Part shown: piece by piece, positions 1 to 9,865 of the stretch
Numbering within the stretch: position 1 is the stretch's first letter
How the letters are laid out: the number at the start of each line of letters is the position of its first letter
Source of the DNA: a bacterium
Lineage (GTDB): Bacteria > Krumholzibacteriota > Krumholzibacteriia > LZORAL124-64-63
Length of the DNA: 64,000 bases
Assembly: GCA_031441465.1 (NCBI GenBank)
Contig: JANOEP010000013.1
Location: 1 to 64,000 of the forward strand
Direction: 5' to 3'
Made by a program: the position numbers and the translations under genes
The notes under the pieces: model-generated
What the model was told of the DNA's origin: nothing
The model's database searches: none
Seen by the model: the letters and a program-made list of their open reading frames with translations, nothing else

Positions 1-2419
1 CGTTGACGCCGTAGCGCTCGCGGCCCTCGACCGTCGTCGTCTGGTTGTCGCCGCCGACGGCGGTCATCACCATCATGTTGGCGGCATCGACCGACAGGCC
101 GTAGCGGGCCAGCTGGTCGCGGTTCAGCACGAAGTCGAGGAAATAGCCGCCAGCCACCCGCTCGGCGTAGACGCTACGGGTCCCGGGCACGTTGCGCACC
201 GCGGCCTCGACGTCGAGGGCAACCTTCTGGATCACCCCGAGGTCCGCGCCGCTGATCTTGATGCCCACCGGCGTGCGGATGCCGGTCGAGAGCATGTCGA
301 GCCGGCCCTTGATGGGCATGGTCCAGGCGTTGCTGATGCCGGGCAACTGCAGCAGCTTGTCCATCTCGGCGATCAGTTCCTCTTCGGTGATGCGATCGCG
401 CCAAGCCGGGCGCAGGAGTTCCTGCAGCCATTCCGGGGCCCAGCTCGAGTACCAGCGCGGCTTCGCGCGCCATTGCAGCTCGGGCTTGAGCATGATGGTC
501 GTCTCCATCATCGAGAAGGGCGCCGGGTCGGTCGGCGTGTTCGCGCGGCCCGCCTTTCCAAAGACGCGCTCCACCTCGGGGAAGGTCATCAGCAGCTTGT
601 CCTGGACCTGCAGGGCCTTCTGCGCCTCGGCCACCGACATGCCGGGCTGCACCGCCGACGGCATGTACAGCAGTGAGCCCTCGCGCAGCGGCGGCATGAA
701 CTCCGTGCCCAGCCTGAGGTAGACCGGAATCGTGGTAGCGACGATGACCAGGCTCGCGATCACAGTGGCCTTCGCGTGCCGGACGACGAAGCGGCACGGG
801 CGTTCGTAGATGCGGTGCAGCAGGCGGCTGATGGGGTGCCTGTCTTCGGAGTAGTAGGTACCCACGAGCACCTTGGTCGCGAGCCAGGACAGCGGCTTCG
901 GTTTGAAGCGGAACGGCTCGCTGCGCGCAAAGGCCATCCTCATGGCGGGATCCAGCGTCACCGCGAGGATGGCCGCGATGGCCATCGCCAGGTTCTTGGA
1001 GTAGGCCAGCGGCTTGAACAGGCGCCCTTCCTGGTCGACCAGCGTGAAGACCGGCATGAAGGCGACCGCGATGACCAGCAGCGAGAAGAACACCGACGGG
1101 CCCACCTCGAGCAGGGCCTCGAGTCGTATCTGGTGGAAGTCCCCCTTCTTCCCTCCGGCCTGCCACAGGTAGATCTTGTTGTAGGCGTTTTCCACCTCGA
1201 CGATCGCGCCGTCGACGAGCACGCCGATCGAGATCGCGATGCCGGCCAGCGACATCAGGTTGGCATTGAGCCCCATCATGTACATGGGAATGAAGGCCAG
1301 GGCGACGCTGGTCGGGATGGTCAGGATCGGGATCGTGGCCGACGGGATGTGCCAGAGGAAGAGTAGGATGATCAATGAGACGATGATGATCTCCTCGATC
1401 ACCTTGCTCTTGACGGTGTGGATGGCCCGCATGATGAGGTCGGAGCGGTCGTAAGTGGTCACGATCTCGACGCCCGCCGGCAGCGACGGCTTGAGGGACT
1501 CGAGCTTGGCCTTGACCCGGTTGATGACGTTGAGCGCGTTCTCGCCCTGGCGCATGACGACGATGCCGCCGACGACGTCGCCCTCGCCGTTGTAATCGGC
1601 GATGCCGCGCCGCATCTCGGGGCCCAGTTCGACCGTGCCGATGTCCTTGACGGTGACCGGAGTGCCGTCCACGGTCTTGAGGACCAGCTTCTCGAGGTCG
1701 GCCGCGGACTTCACGTAGCCCCGGCCCCGCACCATGTATTCGCGGCCGGCCAGTTCGACGAGTCGACCGCCCACGTCGTTGTTCCCGCTGCGCACGGCCT
1801 CGATGACCGTCTCGAGCGGCAGGTTGTAGGCGGCCAGCCGGTTCGGGTCGACGGTGATCTGGTACTGGCGCACCTGGCCGCCGACGGTCGCCACTTCGGC
1901 GACGCCCGGAACGCCCTGCACCGCGTACCGGAGAAACCAGTCCTGGTAGCTGCGAAGCTCATCGCTCGTGTGCTTGCCGGAACGGTCGACCAGCGCGTAC
2001 TGGAAGACCCAGCCGACGCTCGTGGCGTCGGGCCCGAGTTCGGTCTTCACGCCCGCCGGCAGCTGCGGCGTGATCTTGGACAGGTACTCCAGCACGCGTG
2101 TCCGCGCCCAGTAGAGGTCCGTGCCGTCCTCGAAGATGACGTAGATGAAGCTGAATCCGAAGTCCGAGAAGCCGCGGATGTCCTTCACCCCGGGGGCGCC
2201 GAGCAGCGAGGTGATGATGGGGTAGGTGACCTGGTCCTCAATGATGTCCGGGCTGCGGTCCCACCGCGAGTAGACGATCACCTGCGTGTCCGAGAGGTCG
2301 GGGATGGCGTCCAGCGGAATGTGCTTCATCGTCCAGTACGCGATCGTCAGCGCGACGATCGTGGCCGCGATGACGAGGTACCGGTTGTTGGCGGAGAAAC
2401 GGATGATCCCCTTGATCAT
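1..2419 (-). CDS. cusA: CusA/CzcA family heavy-metal efflux RND permease (partial, runs off the left edge)
   Basis: Manual translation from ATG at 2419 gives MIKGIIRFSANNRY...LDAIPDLSDTQVI...GPDATSVGWVFQY...; ATGA overlap with the stop of the upstream adaptor gene; open to the window edge. Confidence 0.93.
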   Translation of the reverse strand, partial: MIKGIIRFSANNRYLVIAATIVALTIAYWTMKHIPLDAIPDLSDTQVIVYSRWDRSPDIIEDQVTYPIITSLLGAPGVKDIRGFSDFGFSFIYVIFEDGTDLYWARTRVLEYLSKITPQLPAGVKTELGPDATSVGWVFQYALVDRSGKHTSDELRSYQDWFLRYAVQGVPGVAEVATVGGQVRQYQITVDPNRLAAYNLPLETVIEAVRSGNNDVGGRLVELAGREYMVRGRGYVKSAADLEKLVLKTVDGTPVTVKDIGTVELGPEMRRGIADYNGEGDVVGGIVVMRQGENALNVINRVKAKLESLKPSLPAGVEIVTTYDRSDLIMRAIHTVKSKVIEEIIIVSLIILLFLWHIPSATIPILTIPTSVALAFIPMYMMGLNANLMSLAGIAISIGVLVDGAIVEVENAYNKIYLWQAGGKKGDFHQIRLEALLEVGPSVFFSLLVIAVAFMPVFTLVDQEGRLFKPLAYSKNLAMAIAAILAVTLDPAMRMAFARSEPFRFKPKPLSWLATKVLVGTYYSEDRHPISRLLHRIYERPCRFVVRHAKATVIASLVIVATTIPVYLRLGTEFMPPLREGSLLYMPSAVQPGMSVAEAQKALQVQDKLLMTFPEVERVFGKAGRANTPTDPAPFSMMETTIMLKPELQWRAKPRWYSSWAPEWLQELLRPAWRDRITEEELIAEMDKLLQLPGISNAWTMPIKGRLDMLSTGIRTPVGIKISGADLGVIQKVALDVEAAVRNVPGTRSVYAERVAGGYFLDFVLNRDQLARYGLSVDAANMMVMTAVGGDNQTTTVEGRERYGVN

Positions 2420-3879
2420 GGCGACTTGCCCCCGATGGCGGCCAGCGACGACCTGAGCTGCGACTCGGAGTCCACCAGGAAGTTGGCGCGCACGACGACG
2501 TCCTGTCCTTCGTCCAGTCCGCCGGTCACTTCGACCTGGTCGCCGCTCCGGGCGCCGAGTTGGACGACCCGTGGCGCAAACTTCCCGTCGCCGAGAGCCA
2601 CGAAGACCACGTCGGTTTCGCCGGAGCGGATCACGGCGTCGGCCGGGATCTGCAGCCCTTCACGGCTCGTTCCGGTGAGAACGACGTCGCCGAACATTTC
2701 CGGTTTGAGGATCCCGTCCGGGTTACGAAGGTGGAGGTGGACCTTGGTGGTCCTCGTCCGTGCGTCCAGGAGCGGGTCGATGAAGGCGATCTCGCCGGTA
2801 AACGGCCGGTCGGGGTATGCCCGCACCGTGAAGGTCGCCGGCATCCCGACCTGCAGGCGGGGCAGGTCGCTCTCGTAGGCGTCGGCCATCACCCAGACGA
2901 CGCCCAGGTCGGTGATCTCGAACGGCGTGTCCCCCGGATTCACGCGGGCGCCCTCGACCACGTTCTTGGCCGTCACCACGCCGGCGATGGGCGACACGAA
3001 GGTCAGGGACTTCGCGGGTTGTCCGGTCTGTTCGAGCCGCTCGACCTCGGCGTTCGGGACATCCCAGTACTCCAGCTTCCGGCGGGCGGCGGCCAGCAGC
3101 GCCTCGCCGTTGTCGGCGGCGGCGCCGCGCGCGGCCAGCGCGTCCTTCGTCCGGCGCGCGAGCAGGTACTCGTTCTCGGCCGCCACGAGCGACGGGCTGT
3201 ACAGCGAGAACAGCGGCTGGCCCTGATGGACCGGCATGCCGACGAAGTCCACGAACAGGCGCTCGATGTATCCCTCGACCTTGACATTGGTCTTGCGCAC
3301 GCGGGTCTGATCGACCTGCACGCGGCCGACCGTCTGCCAGCTGCCGGCCACATCGCCTCGCGTGACGGGCGCCGTGCGCAGGCCGATGAGCTGCTGACGC
3401 GCGGGATCGATCGTCACCGTGGCCAGACCCGAGACCGATTCCGTGCCGCCGCCGGCGACCTCGTCCGCGTAGACGGGGACATAATCCATGCCCATCTCGT
3501 CCTGCCGCGGCGCCGGCGATGTTACCGTTGGATCCATGGGCGAGCGGTAAAAGAGGATCCGGTGTTCGGCGCCTGTCGTGGCGGCTTCAGGCACAGACGC
3601 GTCCTGCTTGACCTCGACCAGCTTCATGCCGCAGATGGGGCAGTCTCCGGGGTGGTCGGACGTGATCGTCGGGTGCATGGGGCACTGGTAGAGCGGCTTG
3701 TTCGCCTCCGGCGCCGCGCCGGTCGCGGCCGAGCCGCCGCCGCGGTCCAGCAGGAAAAAACCGCCCGCGCCAAGGGCGGCGCCGACGATCAGCACCAGAA
3801 CCGCAAGCCACACCATCCGGATGGGAGAGCGCCCCGGTTCCGGATTCCGGCCCGGCGCGGTGGTCGAGTTCGTGTCCAC
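2416..3879 (-). CDS. cusB: CusB-like RND periplasmic adaptor with N-terminal heavy-metal-binding motifs
   Basis: TM anchor, YQCPMHP..CPICGM and YRSPMDP..DEMGMD motifs, membrane-fusion core (GYIERL, LKPEMF, ANFLVDSES). Confidence 0.9.
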   Translation of the reverse strand: MDTNSTTAPGRNPEPGRSPIRMVWLAVLVLIVGAALGAGGFFLLDRGGGSAATGAAPEANKPLYQCPMHPTITSDHPGDCPICGMKLVEVKQDASVPEAATTGAEHRILFYRSPMDPTVTSPAPRQDEMGMDYVPVYADEVAGGGTESVSGLATVTIDPARQQLIGLRTAPVTRGDVAGSWQTVGRVQVDQTRVRKTNVKVEGYIERLFVDFVGMPVHQGQPLFSLYSPSLVAAENEYLLARRTKDALAARGAAADNGEALLAAARRKLEYWDVPNAEVERLEQTGQPAKSLTFVSPIAGVVTAKNVVEGARVNPGDTPFEITDLGVVWVMADAYESDLPRLQVGMPATFTVRAYPDRPFTGEIAFIDPLLDARTRTTKVHLHLRNPDGILKPEMFGDVVLTGTSREGLQIPADAVIRSGETDVVFVALGDGKFAPRVVQLGARSGDQVEVTGGLDEGQDVVVRANFLVDSESQLRSSLAAIGGKSP

Positions 3880-3895
3880 GGTGATCCTCCTGCGC

Positions 3896-5347
3896 CTACA
3901 TGCGCTTCATCGAGCCCGGGCCCTGGCCGCCGGCGGCCGCCGGCGACCCTTCTGCTGCGGGTGGCGACGAACCGGCGCCCATCGCGCCGGCCCCCGGCAC
4001 CGGAGAACCGGACATCCCGGCGGCCGCCAACCCCGCGTCGGCGTCGAGGCTCACCTCGGCCCGGGCGATGTCGAGCCGCTGAGCCGCGGCCGCCGATTCC
4101 AAGTACGCGTTGAGGTCGGCCACATGGCCCGTGATCGCCTCCAGGACAGAGGCGAATGCGATGCGACCCACCTGGTACTGGGCCATCGTGCTCGTTACGG
4201 TGACCTCGGACTGGATGAGCAGCTCCGAGCGATAGAGGCGGTTGGTATTCACCAGTGCGTCGAGCAGCGCGACGCGCTCGGCGACACGCTGGCGCAACAG
4301 CTGCCGCGTGGCCTCGGCGCCCTGGAGCGAGGCGGTTTCCCGCAGGCGGCCTTCGGCGACGGCGCGCGACTGTTTGCTGCCCGTCCAGGCCGGCAGCGGA
4401 AACGACAGCCCGGCCTGCCACATCGGCGGAAAATCGCCCCCGCGAGGCATGACCGCGGCGCTCACCGTCAGATCTGGCCACGTGTCCTTGCGGGCAAGGT
4501 CGGTTAGTCGCGACGACCGCTCCTGGTCCAACTGCCACCGCAGCAGTTCCGGGCTGCGGGTCTCCGCGTCGGCCCAGGCGGCTGCCACCTCGGGCACCGC
4601 CGGGTCGGGCAGGTCCGCGAGCGACCGGCTCGTGGCGACCGCTTCGTCGACCGTGTGCCCGCGCAGGCGGTTCAGGACGGCGATGCGACGCTGCTCCTCG
4701 GCCGCGAGCGCCCAGCGGCGCTGCTTGAGGCGGCTGCGCTCCAGTTGCGCCCGCAGCAGGTCCGACTGTGCGCCGTCTCCGGTTTCGTAGCGCACCCGCG
4801 CCATACCCTCGGCCTGGCTCCAGAGGTCCTCCAGCCGCGCCAGCAGTGCGAGCTGGTCCCTGGCCAGCAGGAGGTCGAGGTAGGCACGCGCGACCTCGGC
4901 CTGGACGGTCAGTCGCGCGCGATCCGCGTCGGCCTCGGCCTGACGGGCACCGAGCGCGGTCACGTCACCGCGCAGGCCGCGCTTCCCGTGCCAGGGAAAT
5001 GTCTGGGAGGCCATGATCGACACGAAACTTCCTTCCATCTTGCCGATCTGAATCCCGCGGAACCCGTCGTTCTGGATGCCAAAGGACAGCATGGGATCAG
5101 GCAGTGCCCGCGCCTGGGGCACGCGCTCCCGCTCCGCGTCCAATTCGGCCTGCGCACGCGCCAGTTCCGGGCGCGTCGCCAGGGCGTCCCTGACGAAGTC
5201 CGCGAGTACCGGGTCGTTCGCCAGGGAAGGGCCCGTCGGCGCGGCGTCGGGCTCCGACCCCAGTGCGACAGAGCCGATCAGGAGAAACAGCACCAGCGCC
5301 AGGCGTCCGGCGCCGTCCCTTGCGATCATCGTCCGCTTCGACACCAT
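3896..5347 (-). CDS. TolC/CusC family outer-membrane efflux protein
   Basis: Signal-like N-terminus, ARALPDPML motif, helical OEP repeats, operon position. Start uncertain (ORF open to 5413). Confidence 0.85.
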   Translation of the reverse strand: MVSKRTMIARDGAGRLALVLFLLIGSVALGSEPDAAPTGPSLANDPVLADFVRDALATRPELARAQAELDAERERVPQARALPDPMLSFGIQNDGFRGIQIGKMEGSFVSIMASQTFPWHGKRGLRGDVTALGARQAEADADRARLTVQAEVARAYLDLLLARDQLALLARLEDLWSQAEGMARVRYETGDGAQSDLLRAQLERSRLKQRRWALAAEEQRRIAVLNRLRGHTVDEAVATSRSLADLPDPAVPEVAAAWADAETRSPELLRWQLDQERSSRLTDLARKDTWPDLTVSAAVMPRGGDFPPMWQAGLSFPLPAWTGSKQSRAVAEGRLRETASLQGAEATRQLLRQRVAERVALLDALVNTNRLYRSELLIQSEVTVTSTMAQYQVGRIAFASVLEAITGHVADLNAYLESAAAAQRLDIARAEVSLDADAGLAAAGMSGSPVPGAGAMGAGSSPPAAEGSPAAAGGQGPGSMKRM

Positions 5348-5409
5348 GGTTCCCCGCCTGTTCTGTCGCCCCGGTCGGGCGGCGGCCACGGCCGGCGACG
5401 TGATCGCCG

Positions 5410-6003
5410 TCACTTGCCCGTCTTCTGCGGCGCGGCCCCGGCCGGGGGTGCCGTGAATGACGGCGTGAACGTCGCTTCCCTATGCGCGCCGGTCAGCCCG
5501 GTCAGGCGGATCTGCGCCGTGACCTTGTTCGGTGCGACCTTCGCGAGGTCGGCGGCGGCGAACAGGTAGTCCTGCGTGTAGAGGTTCATGCCGCCGCAGA
5601 GATTGCACTTGCCCGGCTCGCGCTGGACGACCTCGGTGTGCATGGGGCAGTAGTAGACGGCGGCTTCCGACGCCGCCGGCTTGCGGGCCGCGAGAGTCAG
5701 GTCGAGGCTGCGGCCGTCGGGGAGCTTCAGGCCGGCCTTCCCGGCGGCCTTCTCGACGCCCGCGGGCGCGCCCGCGGACGAATAGAACCACACCCGCACG
5801 CCGTCCGCGGCGAGCGTCGTCTCGAAGACGCCGGCGTTGGTCTTCGTCACGGCACCGCCATGGAGCGGCGCGGTGATGGCTGAGGAGTCGGCGGTGGCGG
5901 CGATGCCGACCGCCGGAGCGACGGTCGAAGCGGACAGCAGGAAGGCGGCCGCGATGGCAGTGCTCCTGCCTGCCGAGCTGGACAGGCGGATCGTTGGTCT
6001 CAT
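5410..6003 (-). CDS. Secreted heavy-metal-binding domain protein
   Basis: Signal peptide, HGG motif, YYCPMH...GKCNLCGGM motif; GGAGA RBS before ATG 6003. Confidence 0.75.
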   Translation of the reverse strand: MRPTIRLSSSAGRSTAIAAAFLLSASTVAPAVGIAATADSSAITAPLHGGAVTKTNAGVFETTLAADGVRVWFYSSAGAPAGVEKAAGKAGLKLPDGRSLDLTLAARKPAASEAAVYYCPMHTEVVQREPGKCNLCGGMNLYTQDYLFAAADLAKVAPNKVTAQIRLTGLTGAHREATFTPSFTAPPAGAAPQKTGK

Positions 6004-6056
6004 GAGATATTCTCCCGGTTTCGGATCACGAAGTGCGTAGGGTCGTTGAGGGCTTG

Positions 6057-6072
6057 AGCATATCGCATACCG
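6057..6072 (-). promoter_or_regulatory. Candidate sigma-54 (-24/-12) promoter of the cus operon
   Basis: Minus strand reads CGGTATGCGATATGCT (GG-N10-GC), about 55 bp upstream of ATG 6003 and next to a sigma-54 activator gene. Confidence 0.5.
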
Positions 6073-6259
6073 TTGATCGTATGTCATTGGAAAGATAGCA
6101 ATTAAGACCAGGAACTGCTTTCCCGAAGGAGCTCCGGCTGCGGAATAGTCTCCAAAACGATCGTGGTGTATGCCGACTATTCTGCGTACGGTGTCACAGC
6201 CTGTTCCTTGGATACCATCAGCGTGCACTGAACTCGCATGCCCTCGCCGGTGGCGGCTA

Positions 6260-7663
6260 CTACTTGATTTCGAATTTCTCCAACCGGTACAGAAGCACGT
6301 GCCGGGGAATCCTCAGGTATGCCGCCGTACGGGAGCGGTTGCCGCCGTGCTTCGCGAGGGCGCGGACGATGATGTCCCGTTCGACATCGTTCAGGGATAG
6401 CTGGTCGTGGGGCAATTCACCGAGGAAATCACCGCTGCTTCGCCCGGCGTCTCGGTTGCGGGACGGGCCGCCGCCGGTCACCGCCTCCCCGCCGGGTCCC
6501 TCACTTCGCTGCTCCTCAGGCGGCAGGTCATCTGCCTGCAGCACGTCGGTCGACCGCAACAGCACCAGCCGCTGGCACACGTTCGCCAACTCCCGCACGT
6601 TCCCCGGCCAGCGGCGCGCCATGAGTGCCCGGACCAGCCCGGGCGACGATCGTACAGGGGAGTCCCCGGCATACCGCCTCACGAAATGTTCCCAGAGGGC
6701 GGGGATATCGTCCGCTCGTGCACGCAGGGGCGGAATATGGATGGGGATGACGTGCAATCGGTAATAGAGATCATGTCTGAACTCGCCCCGTTGCACCTTT
6801 TCCTCGAGATCGGCATTGGTCGCCGCGATGAGGCGGACATCGACAGGCACGGGTTGCTGTCCGCCGACGACATCGACCAGCCTGGTTTCGATGACACGGA
6901 GGAGTTTCGTCTGCAACTCGGGGGGAAGATCCCCGATCTCGTCCAGGAGCAGGGTGCCGCCGTCGGCACGTTGGAATTTCCCCGGCTTATCCTTGACCGC
7001 CCCCGTGAACGCCCCTTTGGTGTGACCGAACAGCTCCGACTCCATCAGGTCGCGGGGGATCGCGGCGCAATCGATGGCGACGAACGGCTTATCCCACCGG
7101 TCGGAGCAGGAGTGCAGGGCGTGCGCGAGGACCTCCTTGCCGGTGCCGCTCTCGCCGGTCAAGAGCACGGTCGCCTCGGTGGGCGCGATGCGTCGGATCA
7201 TGGCGAGGATCTCCTGCATCGCGGCCGAAGCGTGGACGAACTCGACGCGGCGCGTTTCTTCGTGGAGCCGGTCCCGCAGGGTCCTGTTCTCGAGCAGCAG
7301 CCGCCGGCGCTCGAGCGCCTGCTCGATCGTCAGGCGCAGTTCGTCGCGGTCGTAGGGCTTCGTGAGGTAGTCATAGGCGCCGTGACGCATCGCCTCGACG
7401 GCGTCGGTGATCGAGCCGAACGCGGTGAGCATGATCACGGGGATCGTCGCATCGATATCGGCCACGCGACGCAGGACTTCCATGCCGTCGATGCCGGGCA
7501 TCTTCAGATCCGTGATGACGACGTCGGGCCGGAACGACTCGATGCCGCCGAAGGCGGATTCCCCGGTGCCGTGCGCGGCGACCTCGTGCCCTTGCTCGCG
7601 CAGCGTGAAGGCGACCACCTCGCGCAGGCTCGTGTCATCGTCGATCAACATGATCCTGGACAT
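6260..7663 (-). CDS. Sigma-54-dependent response regulator (NtrC/ZraR type)
   Basis: REC domain (IDDD, TDLKMP), GESGTGKE, ESELFGH, GAFTGA, WPGNVREL, Fis-type HTH. Alternative start at 7714. Confidence 0.95.
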   Translation of the reverse strand: MSRIMLIDDDTSLREVVAFTLREQGHEVAAHGTGESAFGGIESFRPDVVITDLKMPGIDGMEVLRRVADIDATIPVIMLTAFGSITDAVEAMRHGAYDYLTKPYDRDELRLTIEQALERRRLLLENRTLRDRLHEETRRVEFVHASAAMQEILAMIRRIAPTEATVLLTGESGTGKEVLAHALHSCSDRWDKPFVAIDCAAIPRDLMESELFGHTKGAFTGAVKDKPGKFQRADGGTLLLDEIGDLPPELQTKLLRVIETRLVDVVGGQQPVPVDVRLIAATNADLEEKVQRGEFRHDLYYRLHVIPIHIPPLRARADDIPALWEHFVRRYAGDSPVRSSPGLVRALMARRWPGNVRELANVCQRLVLLRSTDVLQADDLPPEEQRSEGPGGEAVTGGGPSRNRDAGRSSGDFLGELPHDQLSLNDVERDIIVRALAKHGGNRSRTAAYLRIPRHVLLYRLEKFEIK

Positions 7664-7710
7664 GAAGCTGCTCCCGGGTGAGACGTGGGACACGCGCGAA
7701 GCGCGGGCCT

Positions 7711-8859
7711 TCAACTGCTCCCCGGCAGGGGGAGCCTGATCTCGACCTCGCCCCCTCCTCCGGGAGCGTTGGCGACCAGGATCCGCCCGCCATGAGACTC
7801 GATCATCCGGTGCGAGACGGCCAGCCCCAGACCGGTCCCCTGTTCCTTGGTGGTGAAGAACGGCGTGAAGGCGTCGGCCAGGGCATCGGGCGTGAAGCCG
7901 GGACCGGAGTCCCGGATCCGGACTCGCAGCATCCCGTCGGCGGACTCGCAGGCAATCCGGACCTCCCCGGCCTCTCCCGCCGCCTGGCAGGCGTTGAGCA
8001 AGACGTTCAGCAGGACCTGGCGGAGCTGCTCCCGATCCCCCCGCACGCGCAGACCGCCGGCAGGCACCGAGACGAAACGGACCGCCTGGCCCTCCTTCTG
8101 CGCCTGCAAGAGAGAGACGACGCCGGCGATCTCCTCCTCGATCGCAACCTCCTGCTGCTCGATCGGGCGTGGCCGCGCAAAGGCGAGGAAGCGCGAGAGG
8201 ACGTTGTTCAGCCGGTCAGACTCGTCCACGAGGATGCGGAACATCCGATACTTCGGGTTTTCCGGCGGGAAATCGTCCGCCAGGATCTCGGCAGAACCTT
8301 TGATCGACGCGAGCGGGTTGCGGATCTCGTGGGCGAGACCGGCCGAGAGACGGCCGACCGCGGCGAGCTTCGCCGTCCGGATCAGCTGTTCCTCGGTGCT
8401 GCGCAACTGGTCGAGGCTCGCGCGAAGTTCGGTCGCTGCCCGCATGAGCTGGCCCTGTGTCCTCTTGACGCGCGAGACGAGCATGCCGGTCGTGGTCCCG
8501 ACGACGAGATAGAGGACCATCTCGAGGATCTTCTGCGTGTCGGAGGCGGGGTCGTGGGAAATCTGGCCGAAGGCGTGGGGGGCGTAGGCGACACACACCA
8601 CGACGGCGGCGATCAGGCCGCCCAGGAGCCCGTGCTGGAACGCCGCGAAGATGATCGGGAGGTAGTACAGGCGCCTGAAGATGTCGTGCAGGTAGTGTGC
8701 GTGGACCGGCGAGACGTAATGCGATATCGAGATCGCCAGAATCGAGACCGCGATGGCGATATCCGGCCGGAGGAACCGTCCATCACGCCGAGTCGCCGCG
8801 TCTCGAGGCAAGGAGCCGGACGGGGGGGCTTCTTCGGTCGAACGACCTTCCCGGGCCAT
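7711..8859 (-). CDS. Membrane sensor histidine kinase
   Basis: N-terminal TM segments with several His, H-box LAHEIRNPL, N-box, FTPFFTTK, GTGLGL; AGGGAG RBS. Confidence 0.93.
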   Translation of the reverse strand: MAREGRSTEEAPPSGSLPRDAATRRDGRFLRPDIAIAVSILAISISHYVSPVHAHYLHDIFRRLYYLPIIFAAFQHGLLGGLIAAVVVCVAYAPHAFGQISHDPASDTQKILEMVLYLVVGTTTGMLVSRVKRTQGQLMRAATELRASLDQLRSTEEQLIRTAKLAAVGRLSAGLAHEIRNPLASIKGSAEILADDFPPENPKYRMFRILVDESDRLNNVLSRFLAFARPRPIEQQEVAIEEEIAGVVSLLQAQKEGQAVRFVSVPAGGLRVRGDREQLRQVLLNVLLNACQAAGEAGEVRIACESADGMLRVRIRDSGPGFTPDALADAFTPFFTTKEQGTGLGLAVSHRMIESHGGRILVANAPGGGGEVEIRLPLPGSS

Positions 8860-8980
8860 GGACGCTCCCTTGTTCCCCGTGAAGAGTATTCTTCGGGGGC
8901 GGCCTTGTCTTGGAGAATTCCCACGCCTGTGATATCGCCGGGGCGCGCCCACTCCCGGTCATGGCGAAGGGCGATGAACA

Positions 8981-9008
8981 AAGGAGCGATGGGGTGCCAT
9001 CGCTCCTT
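8981..9008 (-). terminator. Intrinsic terminator-like hairpin
   Basis: Perfect 12-bp stem AAGGAGCGATGG/CCATCGCTCCTT with 4-nt loop, downstream of the 9073 stop. Confidence 0.55.
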
Positions 9009-9072
9009 CATCGGAGAGCCCGGCCGTGCTTCGGCTCATCGAGCGGCGCGCCGTGGTCGCCCCGGAGCGGAT

Positions 9073-9843
9073 CTATTTCCCCCCGCTGAGCAGATCCCCC
9101 AGCAGCCCCTTCCCGCCGACCAGCCCGCCGACGCCGCGGTGCTCACCGCGGTTGCTGCCGACGGCCGACAGGATGCGGTCGCTCAGCCGGCTCAGCGGCA
9201 GCGTCTGCAGGTAGACGCGACCCGGACCGGTCAGGCTGGCGAAGAACAGGCCTTCGCCGCCGAACATCGCGTTCTTGAAGCCGCCGACGAACTTGATGTC
9301 GTAGTCGACCGACTCCTGGAAGGCGACCAGGCAGCCGGTGTCCACGCGCAGGTGCTCGTTCGGGCCCAGGTCCTTGACGATGATCGCGCCGCCGGCGTGG
9401 GCGAAGGCCAGGCCTTCGCCGGCCAGGCGCTGCAGGATGAAGCCCTCGCCGCCGAACATGCCGGCGCCGAGGCGCTTGGTGAAGGCGACGGTGATTTCGA
9501 TGCCGTAGGCGCAGCAGAGGAAGGCGTCCTTCTGGCACAGCAGCGAGCCGCCCAGCTCCTTCATGTGCAGCGGGATGATGCGGCCCGGGTAGGGCGCCGC
9601 GAAGGCCACGTGGCTCTTGCCCGCACCGCCGTGCTTGAAGGTGGTGATGAAGAAGCTCTCGCCGGTGACCGCGCGCTTGAGGCCCTTGAAGATCCCGCCG
9701 TCGGTGCCGGTGTTCATCTCGATGCCGTCTTCCATGTAGAGCATCGCGCCGGCTTCGGCCTGCACGGCCTCGCCGGGGTCCAGCTCCACCACCACGGCCT
9801 GCAGGTCGTCGCCCAGGATTTGATAGTCGATTTCGTGCGCCAT
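9073..9843 (-). CDS. TIGR00266 / AIM24 family protein
   Basis: AEAGAM, GESFFIT, CQKDAFL, FGGEGF repeated, VDTGC, GPGRVYLQTLP. Confidence 0.9.
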   Translation of the reverse strand: MAHEIDYQILGDDLQAVVVELDPGEAVQAEAGAMLYMEDGIEMNTGTDGGIFKGLKRAVTGESFFITTFKHGGAGKSHVAFAAPYPGRIIPLHMKELGGSLLCQKDAFLCCAYGIEITVAFTKRLGAGMFGGEGFILQRLAGEGLAFAHAGGAIIVKDLGPNEHLRVDTGCLVAFQESVDYDIKFVGGFKNAMFGGEGLFFASLTGPGRVYLQTLPLSRLSDRILSAVGSNRGEHRGVGGLVGGKGLLGDLLSGGK

Positions 9844-9865
9844 GTCGGTCGTCTCCTTCCGGGGG

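Noticed and set aside
6098..6110. Alternative sigma-54 site TGGTCTTAATTGC (minus strand)
   Set aside because: GG-to-GC spacing is 8, not the required 10.
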